NCBI RefSeq assembly: GCF_003202915.1
Contig: NZ_QGLP01000005.1
Span: 326,721-350,720, forward strand
Direction: 5' to 3'
Length of the DNA stretch: 24,000 nt
Source of the DNA: Gilliamella apicola
GTDB taxonomy: Bacteria; Pseudomonadota; Gammaproteobacteria; Enterobacterales; Orbaceae
A program made the translations under genes and the position numbers. The notes beneath the pieces are model-generated. The model did not search any database. It saw only the letters and a program-made list of their open reading frames with translations, and was not told the origin of the DNA. Of the stretch, positions 12,626 to 21,200 are shown piece by piece. How positions within the stretch are numbered: the stretch's first letter is position 1; each line of letters begins with the position of its first letter.

Positions 12626-12656
12626 AATCCCGTCGACCTTTGGTCGACGGGATTTT
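12626..12656. terminator. Bidirectional rho-independent terminator between the convergent permease and HPr genes
   Basis: aatcccgtcgacc (12626-12638), ttt loop, ggtcgacgggatt (12642-12654): a perfect 13-bp stem. It is flanked by aaaa on the left and tttt on the right. Confidence 0.85.
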
Positions 12657-12699
12657 CATTTCTAAGTCAATAAAATAAGCTAGATAAAATTGCTTAAAA

Positions 12700-12963
12700 T
12701 TATTCACCAAAGCCAGTAGCAAATAATTCGCGAATTTCATCCATTGCTGCTTGTTCATCTTCACCATCACAGATGATTTCAACAGTTGAACCACCTTTAA
12801 CACCAGCTCCAAGTAATCCCATCATGCTTTTTAATTTAATGGCTTTATCGTTATAAACAAGTTCAATTGATGATTTATAACGGCCAGCTAATTTAACAAG
12901 CGTTGTTACCGGGCGTGCATGTAAACCAGTTGCATTTTTTACTACCATTTGCTCTTTTAACAT
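12700..12963 (-). CDS. HPr-family phosphocarrier protein
   Basis: 87 aa. Has NATGLHARP (His-15 site), KLKSMMGLLGAG (Ser-46 region) and EDEQAAMDEIRELF. AAGGA SD is present. No ptsI or crr gene is adjacent. Confidence 0.9.
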   Translation of the reverse strand: MLKEQMVVKNATGLHARPVTTLVKLAGRYKSSIELVYNDKAIKLKSMMGLLGAGVKGGSTVEIICDGEDEQAAMDEIRELFATGFGE

Positions 12964-13109
12964 ATTATAGTCCTTACTTATATCTAATGTTAATACAATA
13001 CCCGTATTTATATCATAAATTCATTTTTTTTGCTCTTTTTTAGCATTAATTTTTAAAATTTATTCATATCGCACTGTTTTTTAATAACTATCGATTAATA
13101 ATGCTAAAA

Positions 13110-14045
13110 CTAGTCCACCCAAAAATATCTCACTACATGAAAAAATATTGGTGCAGCAAAGCAGATAGAATCGAAGCGATCGAGTATACCACCATGGCCA
13201 TCGATAAGCCTTCCCCAATCTTTTACCCCTCGGTCACGTTTAATGGCTGACATCACTAATCCCCCCAGAAAGCCCAAAAGTGTAATCATTAATGAAATTA
13301 ATCCCGATTGCAGAAAAGTAAAAGGGGTGATCCAACACATGCACGCTCCAATAAAACTGGCAGATAAAAGGCCACCAATGAAACCTTCAATCGTTTTTGA
13401 TGGTGAGATATTCGGACTGATTTTATGTTTACCAAACAATTTACCAAAAACATATTGCAACACATCTGATAATTGAACGATTAACACCAAATAAGCAATT
13501 AACAACAAATTACGACCTTGATAATTTTCGATATCCAACACTAACAACGCCGGTACACATGAAATACAATAAACCGTAATCATCAATCCCCATTGCACAT
13601 CGGCTATTCTTTCTAAAAAATTACGAGTTGAAATCGTGGCGAATATCGCAAGGAACAAAAAGGCATACACTGGAATAAAAATACTGAATAAACCGTACCA
13701 CGCATAGGCGACTAAAATATATTGCGTTGGTAGAGCAATACCAAAAGCAAAAATCAGCACGCAATAATCGTAGCGATTGATCGGCGTTAAAATGAGAAAT
13801 TCACGCAATGCCACACCTGAAATAACAAAAAATAAAAAGATCACTGTCAGTTGCCCAAACCAAAAAGCAACCCCAATAATGGCAACCATTACCCACCATG
13901 CATTTATCCGAGTATTTAAATTATCGATAACACTATTGGGTGATTTACAACGAAATTTTAAAATTTGGCCAATTATTGTTGCGACTAACAAAAACAGGCC
14001 TATGCCCAAAAACAATAAACACGTATCATATTGATATTGGGACAT
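13110..14045 (-). CDS. ynbB: Phosphatidate cytidylyltransferase paralogue (CdsA family, YnbB-like)
   Basis: Track ORF trimmed to MSQYQYDTCLL... (ATG 14043-14045 preceded by AGGAGA). Multi-TM protein with the CDP-diglyceride synthase signature SAIKRDRGVKDWGRLIDGHGGILDRFDS. At 311 aa it compares with about 298 aa recalled for E. coli YnbB. Confidence 0.82.
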   Translation of the reverse strand: MSQYQYDTCLLFLGIGLFLLVATIIGQILKFRCKSPNSVIDNLNTRINAWWVMVAIIGVAFWFGQLTVIFLFFVISGVALREFLILTPINRYDYCVLIFAFGIALPTQYILVAYAWYGLFSIFIPVYAFLFLAIFATISTRNFLERIADVQWGLMITVYCISCVPALLVLDIENYQGRNLLLIAYLVLIVQLSDVLQYVFGKLFGKHKISPNISPSKTIEGFIGGLLSASFIGACMCWITPFTFLQSGLISLMITLLGFLGGLVMSAIKRDRGVKDWGRLIDGHGGILDRFDSICFAAPIFFHVVRYFWVD

Positions 14046-14085
14046 TTTAATTCTCCTAGGTGCAGTATTACTAGTTAATAACGGA

Positions 14086-14559
14086 TTAATTATTGATAAT
14101 AACATTAATAACCGCAAAAATGATTAAACAATTTTGCGCTAAAAATAAGATTATCTGCCTTTTAAACAACGATAAAACCCCTTTTTGGCGATCTGCAATG
14201 GTTCTTGAGGTAAATTGACTAGGCCTAATTAATTTTAAATTGGCTAACGCCCTATCCATCGCTAATAGTTCATCATACAAATGATCCACATGGTTAGTTA
14301 AGTGTTTAAACAATTTTCTATCAAACTCGATTCTTATAGCGTAATACTTACTTATTAAACCGAGAATAAAGATCATCAAACAAATAATGGTTAATGGTAT
14401 TGCCCAAGAACTCAGCAAGGCAACAAAAACAACTAACAACGATAATAGCATTGAAAAAATATCAATCTGTTTACTTAGCGACAAGAAACTACAAAACGTC
14501 ACTAAATCTATTTTAGTCATAGTATTTGTTGATGACCGGTTATTGTTACTACTTAACAT
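14086..14559 (-). CDS. Hypothetical small membrane protein (no family recognised)
   Basis: 157-aa ORF. Its ATG overlaps the ynbD stop (ATGTTAA). Has a hydrophobic hairpin (IFSMLLSLLVVFVALLSSWAIPLTIICLMIFILGLI), a charged helical middle and a hydrophobic C-terminus. The start could instead be the internal MTKIDLV. Confidence 0.55.
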   Translation of the reverse strand: MLSSNNNRSSTNTMTKIDLVTFCSFLSLSKQIDIFSMLLSLLVVFVALLSSWAIPLTIICLMIFILGLISKYYAIRIEFDRKLFKHLTNHVDHLYDELLAMDRALANLKLIRPSQFTSRTIADRQKGVLSLFKRQIILFLAQNCLIIFAVINVIINN

Positions 14560-15869
14560 GTCGTTGTCCCATCTTTAATGTTTGCCAACCAGTTAGCTAA
14601 AATTAGTTGTTGCTGATTAGAAATCACAATAGAATGCCGATGTTTTTTTACTTTATTGATAGCTTGTTGCAAATTGTTGACTTTTTTTGTCCATAACAAC
14701 CAAGCAACAACAGCGGTTGCACTTCTGGAATATCCCAAACCACAACAAACGAGTAATTTACCTTGTTGCCGATATTGTTCAATAATTTGCGCAGCTTGCT
14801 GACACTCCTTTTGCGAAAGTGGTGTCATATCTAAAACTGGAATGAGCGTATAAGTGCCTTTAAAATGACCAATTGGCAACTCGGCACACAAATCAACTAC
14901 TGATATAAAATGATGTTGGTTTAATGCGCTAGTTGACGGAATACGACCTAAATAGACGTCATCGGCTATCAAATCATCGGCTTGATGTCTAATTGTCCAT
15001 ATTCGCGAATTTAGCCACATAATAATAAAATACGGTAAATAAAGCAGATTTACGGCTAACTTAAAACGACCATTTTGCTGTTTTTGAAAACCTGAGGCAC
15101 CAAAAAATAGATAATTAACGGCAACCAATACCAAAGCGCCAGCCAACCATAATAACCAAAGCGCCCATCCAGAGAGATAGATAGCCATAGTAAGGGATAA
15201 CAGAGATAAGACCAGATAGACGATTGTCCAATGATAATTCAATGGCCGATATATTGATGGTGTCAGCCTATTATCAGGCCATAACCAAATGCACAAACAG
15301 CCTACCCATAATCCAGTCGGAATATCAAAAAAATGATGCTGCCATGTAGTTAAAACTGAAAGTGCAATTAAAAAACACCAAAAATGTAATATATAACGCC
15401 CTAATCGCCGAAAATATTGAGCATAAAATTGCCATAAAATAACTAATAATGTGATGTGTAATGAAGGAGCTTGATTGAAAGGCTTATCAAATCCCATTAA
15501 AATATCAAACAGTAAACCTAAAAATCCATTCAAAACGGGACGGTCAAAATAGAATTTAAGCGGAAAAAGTAAGAAGCAAATAATACAAACCATTTGCGCG
15601 GTTAATAGTCGCAAACCAAGAGTTTTTAGAGATTGCCAGGAAGATGTCAATAAAATAGCAAGACCATACATCAGATCGATAGACCAATAAGGCACAATCG
15701 TCCATGGCCAAAGTGGAATAGAATGTTCCCAACTAAAAAATAGACTCGGTACATCCTGACGTTGCGAAGTTAGCCAGTTAGCAAAATTATAACTGGCAAA
15801 AAAGAACAAAGACAAACCGGCTAACCACACACATTTATAAACATTTAGACGGTTGAATAGTTTTGGCAT
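14553..15869 (-). CDS. ynbD: Membrane PAP2-like domain fused to a dual-specificity (CX5R) phosphatase domain, YnbD-like
   Basis: Track ORF trimmed to MPKLFNRL... (ATG 15867-15869, 2 nt after the ynbC TGA). The N-terminal part has about 8 TM segments with PAP2-like motifs (APSLH, WQHHFFDIPTG). The C-terminal part has VCCGLGYSRS (CX5R). At 438 aa it compares with about 430 aa recalled for E. coli YnbD. Confidence 0.8.
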   Translation of the reverse strand: MPKLFNRLNVYKCVWLAGLSLFFFASYNFANWLTSQRQDVPSLFFSWEHSIPLWPWTIVPYWSIDLMYGLAILLTSSWQSLKTLGLRLLTAQMVCIICFLLFPLKFYFDRPVLNGFLGLLFDILMGFDKPFNQAPSLHITLLVILWQFYAQYFRRLGRYILHFWCFLIALSVLTTWQHHFFDIPTGLWVGCLCIWLWPDNRLTPSIYRPLNYHWTIVYLVLSLLSLTMAIYLSGWALWLLWLAGALVLVAVNYLFFGASGFQKQQNGRFKLAVNLLYLPYFIIMWLNSRIWTIRHQADDLIADDVYLGRIPSTSALNQHHFISVVDLCAELPIGHFKGTYTLIPVLDMTPLSQKECQQAAQIIEQYRQQGKLLVCCGLGYSRSATAVVAWLLWTKKVNNLQQAINKVKKHRHSIVISNQQQLILANWLANIKDGTTTC

Positions 15870-15871
15870 AA

Positions 15872-17620
15872 TCAATGCGAATTTCGTTGAGCGACAGAAA
15901 CCGTAAAAATGCCCCACTGATCGACCAACATAGTAACTTTGCTAAATCCCGCTTCCTCAACTAACTGATCCATCTCAAGTTGCGTTCGTCGTCGCATAAT
16001 CCACGGTTGTCCTTGCCGATGTGAAGTTAACGCTCTGGCAATAAATTCTAATTGCGGATGCCAAGGTTGATTAGTATAAATTAGATACCCACCATGTGGA
16101 ATCACATCGGCCAATCCTAATAAAGACTGGCGCAACAATTGATTATCACCAAATAATTCATATAATCCTGATACTACCGCTAAATTAGGTTTAGGTGATA
16201 ATTGTGAAAGCTCTTCACGACTAAAAGCATCGCCTTTTTCAAAACGGACAATATCACTCAACCCTTGTTGCGCAATCAGCGCTTGCCCATCACGGATATT
16301 AATATCACTATAATCTCGTAATAAAACCGAATTGGGTTTATGGGCTATTTGATTAATGGTTTCTAAAATATAGCGACCATGTCCTGCAGCAATATCAACA
16401 ATGTTAACTTGCTCAGATTGCTGTAACTGTTCAATGGTCTGTTTTAATAGTTGCTCTAGATGATTCTTGCGTTGTCGAATTCCTCGCCAACCAATTGATT
16501 GTAAATAGAGATAATCAAAAAAACGCCCAAGTTTAGAGGTTCCAGACGGTTCATTTCGATAGACATAATCAAGCGTACTGCCAGAATCGAAACCAGTTTC
16601 AAAACCCAGCTTAATACCATCCGACATTTTACTAGCATATTTTAAGGTTGATCTAACGAATTTCCAATACCATGGTTTGATCCAACCTGATGGAGGTAAA
16701 GCTAATCTATCGGTTTCCATTCGAGTATAACCAACCCGGTCGGCATTAGTTAACGGCGGAATATTCGGTTGATTCGCAAAACAGCCTTGAATAAACCGTC
16801 GAGCTTTAGCAATAGCCATATTTCGATCTTTCTCACCAAAGGTATCATGATAAAATTTTGGTAAAATATGGAACTCTTTTTGAATTGTTCCTAAATTATC
16901 ATAAAAGGCTTTTTGTGGTTTGCGGCGCACAACAAAATCAGAGCCAGAAACTAATAACTGAGTGGGTACAGTAATAGCATTGGCATCTTTAACAATACGA
17001 TCCGCTACCGCATAGAGGTCAAGTAGTAATCTGACGGAAATTGGTCGCGTAATTAAAGGATCTTTATTAAAAGAATCAGCGCGATTAGCATCATGGGTTA
17101 ACAAATTCGGTTTAACATAACTATTTACAAAGAAATTGCCTTTCAAGTTATACAATAAATTAAGTCCAGGTATTGCTAATGGAACATATAATTTAACGCT
17201 AAATGCTGGCGAACCTAACACTAATGCACGAACATTTGGCACATAATCATGTACCCAAGCGCTGGCAATTACCGCGCCAACACTTTGAGCAATAATGGCA
17301 ATATCTTGCATATTTAATGAATATTCTTCAATGATATGTTCAATAAAGCAATTAGCATCTTTAATTAGCGTAGCAAAATTAGGGGCATCACCGCGTTCAC
17401 CCTCCGATTGACCATTTCCTCTCGCATCCCATGCAAAAATATGAAAATCCGGCAACTCAAGTTCATCGGCTAAATGCGCCACTCGTCCAGAATGCTCATG
17501 ACCTCGATGAAAAAGCACAATTGCTTTTGAAGATGATTGGCTAGTGACGGCAGGCCAATAACGATAAAATAATTGACAACCATCATGGCTAATAAACATT
17601 TTTTGTTGTTCTTCTCGCAT
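15872..17620 (-). CDS. ynbC: Alpha/beta-hydrolase (lysophospholipase-like) fused to a class I SAM-dependent methyltransferase, YnbC-like
   Basis: 582 aa. The N-terminal half has VLFHRGHEHSGR and IIAQSVGA (nucleophile elbow). The C-terminal half has VDIAAGHGRY (SAM motif I) and LLRDYS. Compares with about 585 aa recalled for E. coli YnbC. Confidence 0.83.
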   Translation of the reverse strand: MREEQQKMFISHDGCQLFYRYWPAVTSQSSSKAIVLFHRGHEHSGRVAHLADELELPDFHIFAWDARGNGQSEGERGDAPNFATLIKDANCFIEHIIEEYSLNMQDIAIIAQSVGAVIASAWVHDYVPNVRALVLGSPAFSVKLYVPLAIPGLNLLYNLKGNFFVNSYVKPNLLTHDANRADSFNKDPLITRPISVRLLLDLYAVADRIVKDANAITVPTQLLVSGSDFVVRRKPQKAFYDNLGTIQKEFHILPKFYHDTFGEKDRNMAIAKARRFIQGCFANQPNIPPLTNADRVGYTRMETDRLALPPSGWIKPWYWKFVRSTLKYASKMSDGIKLGFETGFDSGSTLDYVYRNEPSGTSKLGRFFDYLYLQSIGWRGIRQRKNHLEQLLKQTIEQLQQSEQVNIVDIAAGHGRYILETINQIAHKPNSVLLRDYSDINIRDGQALIAQQGLSDIVRFEKGDAFSREELSQLSPKPNLAVVSGLYELFGDNQLLRQSLLGLADVIPHGGYLIYTNQPWHPQLEFIARALTSHRQGQPWIMRRRTQLEMDQLVEEAGFSKVTMLVDQWGIFTVSVAQRNSH

Positions 17621-17642
17621 AGCTTATTCCTTTTATTTCCTT

Positions 17643-18260
17643 TTATTCCTTTTTATTTTTTGATTCTTGTAATCCTTTTTTAACTCTATTAACTACCGTA
17701 ATTAATAGCAAAAAGGTAATAAGCCACAGTAGTGTATTAAGCCAATCAAGTGGCAACAAAGAGGTAGCGATACCTAAACTTATTAGGCTAAAAACAAAAG
17801 CCCGATCGCTTTTACCCATGGGGCCATCATAACGCCGTGAACTACCAATCATCATGCCGAGTACACCTGCATACTCAGTTAAGAATGATAACAAAATGAC
17901 TATAATCACTAGATTAACATGGATCTGATTTAATTGAGTAAAAATTAATAGTAATGCAGAATCTGAAACCACATCACAGATCTCATTTAAATACGCACCA
18001 AGATTCGATTTTTGGTTATATTCTCGGGCTAGCATGCCATCAATAGCATTGAGTGCCATCCGAATAAACATCCAGATCGGTATTAAGCCAAACAACCATT
18101 GATGATCAGCAAAATAGCCAACTAACAAAGCAATTAATATCGAACCTGCACAAGCGGTTAGTGTGACCTGATTCGCGGTAATATGTGATGCATATAACGA
18201 TGTTACATAAGGACGAAGCAGTGCTTGAAAGCGCGATTTTAATTGATAGATTGAAAACAC
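17643..18260 (-). CDS. ynbA: CDP-alcohol phosphatidyltransferase family protein, YnbA-like
   Basis: 205 aa with a GTG start preceded by AAGGAAGGA. The motif NAIDGMLAREYNQKSNLGAYLNEICDVVSD matches the variant CDP-OH-P-transferase motif I recall for E. coli YnbA (NALDGMLARE...GDVISD). Multi-TM. Confidence 0.83.
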   Translation of the reverse strand: MFSIYQLKSRFQALLRPYVTSLYASHITANQVTLTACAGSILIALLVGYFADHQWLFGLIPIWMFIRMALNAIDGMLAREYNQKSNLGAYLNEICDVVSDSALLLIFTQLNQIHVNLVIIVILLSFLTEYAGVLGMMIGSSRRYDGPMGKSDRAFVFSLISLGIATSLLPLDWLNTLLWLITFLLLITVVNRVKKGLQESKNKKE

Positions 18261-18288
18261 GGTCCTTCCTTTTATATGTTATATGCAA

Positions 18289-21200
18289 TTAAACAATACG
18301 TTGTAACTGGGCATACTTTAATGAACTTACCATAAAATGCAAACGGTTGAGAACATTAACCTCACCAGCACCATCATCAAAATCCAAATAGAGCAGATTC
18401 AGTTTTGGATTAAGATCGCGCATGCGCTTCTCCACTCCTTTAGACACAACATGATTAGCAATACAACCAAATGGCTGCAAGCTAATGACATTATTAATGC
18501 CATGCTCAGCAAAGGTCATAATACCTGCAGGTATTAACCAACCTTCACCATATTGATTCGCCAAATTCAGGATTTCTTGTGCTTTTTTCGCCATATCACG
18601 AATATTGTGGAATGGTTGATAATTTTTAAAACCAGACAAAATCTGATTAGTTTGCTCAATATACTTTTGTGCCACCTTCTCAAAAAAATGTACAAAGTAA
18701 GTCACAAAACTTTTGTTAACAATATAATTATCAACATTACTATCATAGTTAACAAAACACTGAGCAAAAAACTCAATCATTGGTGGAATTATTGGCTCAA
18801 TCCCCTGTTCAACAAGCCAGTCAACACTATGTTGATTACCAAAACTGTTATATTTAACGTAAATTTCACCAACAATCCCAATTTGCGGGCAATCCTTATT
18901 TAACGTCTCGATTTGATTAAAATGATCGACCGCTTCTTTTAACAACGCAAAGATCGCCTTTTTGCCTTTGTGTTGATTGATAAGATGTTGTAACTTTCTA
19001 ATATAAAGCTCTTTCAATTGGTTAGCTTGTTGTTTAAATTTGGCTCTAGGCGCAATCGAGTAGAACATCTTCGAAATCGAATCAGCAAATAACATCGCAA
19101 AAAACGTAGTTGGTAAAGTTTTTAGCCAATTAATTTTAAAACCTGGTTGCTCAATTTCATTAATATTACCGGTACTGAGCGACACGATAGGTATATCTTC
19201 GAAACCATTACTAATCATGGCTTTCTTAATCAAAGAAAGATAACTACTCGCTCGACACTGTCCACCCGTTTGAGTAATGCCGATAGCCACCTCATCACGT
19301 TGATATTTACCTGAATTAAGCGCCTTAATTATGTCACCTACAATAATGGTCGCTGGATAGCAAATCTCATTGTTACAATACTTTAATCCCCATTCGACCG
19401 AACTTTTATCTGGTTTTGGCAAAGTCTCAAGCTTATAGCCTGACAAAGCAAAAATTGGCGGTAATAATGGTGAATAAAAATCGGAGATATAAGGTGCTAA
19501 AATAGTCCGTCGCTGTTTATCTTGTTTAGCAAAAATAGCCGTCTTTTTACGCTCAACCACATTTAATGGTAGTTGGTGATTCATACGGATTGACTCAATA
19601 ATCGAACGTAAACGCAAACGCACCGAACCCGTTGCGGTGATCTCATCGACTCGAATTATTGTACAGGTCTTATCTTTTGACTCTAAAATCGCCTTACACT
19701 CATCGGTCACAATCGCATCAGGACCGCAACCAAATGAATTAAGTTGTACGAACTGAATATTTTTGGGTTGCTCAGCAACAAAACTCGCAGCAGCATATAA
19801 ACGGTTTGGATAACTCCATTGCGAACAGATTTGCAACTCAGGGGATAATTGATTAATCACTCCTAATACTGAATCCTCGGTTATCACATCACAACCTAAG
19901 GCATTTAAAATCTCTGGGGTTTTATGATTGATTAAACTATCGCTATGGTAAGGACGACCAGCCAAAATGAACACATATCGCCCCGTCTCTTTAGCATTAT
20001 TCAACACCTCAACTGCCTTGTTGTACAGCGAGTGTTTATATTCAGCTTGAGCAGCTAATGCATCAGAAAATGCTTGATTAGCTATCTTTTCAGTAATACC
20101 AAGCGAAGTTAAATAATTAATACAGCCCTTTTTCAATAATTTCTGATCACTAAAATTGATTACCGGATAATCCAACGGTACATTGTATTTGGTCTGCGGA
20201 TTGATAGCACTATTTACCACCTCAGCATAACTACTCACAATTGGGCAGTTATAACTATTAACGGCATTATCAAAATGGTCAGCCTCAAACACCACCATCG
20301 GCATAAAAATACGATCAACCTTCTGTTCGATCAGTTCCATAATATGCCCATGTACCAGTTTGGCAGGAAAACAGATACTATCCGACATCACCGTACCTGC
20401 CCCTTTCTCGTAGATATCGTGGGTAGAATATGGCGAAAGTGTCACATTAATTCCACTATTGGTTAACAAGGTATGCCAGAACGGAAAATTTTCATATTGA
20501 CCTAAAACACGAGGAATACCGATATTAAGCTTAGATTCAGCATTATGGATATTGGTTCGATCAAATAACAACGCATTTTTATAGTCAAACATATTAAATG
20601 CATTTTTATCTTGATATTGATTATTACTTAAAAAGCGTTCGCATTTATTACCAGAATAATAACGCTGACCATTAGCAAAACGATAAATCATAATATCGCA
20701 TTTATTTTCACATCCCTTACAGCGTGAAGGCTTGGCCTTATTATCTTCGGCTTTTTGTAGATTATCTAAACCAATAAATTGTGATGGAGTTTGATCTTGC
20801 TGATAGTGATTTTTCGCCACTAATGCCGCACCATAAGCACCCATCAACTCAGGAATATTAGAACTGGCAATCTGTGCACCAGTCAACTGCTCTAAAGCTC
20901 GAAATACCGCCGGATTCTTAAAAGTTCCGCCTTGCACCACAATATGATCGCCCAATTTACGCATATCATGTAATTTAAGTACCTTATGAATAGCATTTTT
21001 AATCACCGAAAAAGCTAGACCCGCTGAAATATCGCCCATAGTGGCATTTTCACGCAGAGCCTGTTTCACTTTAGAGTTCATAAACACTGTACAGCGTGTG
21101 CCCAAATCACAAGGATTGTTAGATTTACACGCTGCATCAGCAAAATCGATGGTATTGGAATTAAGGGATTTAGCAAAAGTCTCAATAAACGAACCACAAC

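Noticed and set aside
12618-12812. 64-aa minus-strand ORF overlapping the HPr 3' end and the terminator hairpin.
   Set aside because: It is out of frame with the clearly recognisable HPr gene and runs through the terminator stem, so it is spurious.
13041-13107. Inverted repeat tagcatta ... taatgcta downstream of ynbB, considered as the operon terminator.
   Set aside because: It has only 8 bp of AT-rich stem with a loop of roughly 45 nt and no clean T-run, so it is not convincing as an intrinsic terminator.
13243-14034. Plus-strand ORFs 13243..13476, 13777..14034, 14387..14578, 16456..16638(-), 18106..18288(-), 18337..18903, 20275..20466 and 21041..21232 inside the lipid cluster.
   Set aside because: They are nested in or antisense to the long motif-bearing ORFs, with no independent signals.
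17621-17660. Tandem AAAAGGAAT-like repeats (three SD-like AAGGA units) at the ynbA/ynbC junction.
   Set aside because: The first unit is simply the ynbA C-terminal codons (KNKKE*). This is a short AT-rich low-complexity repeat and probably just an SD. There is no evidence of function beyond that.
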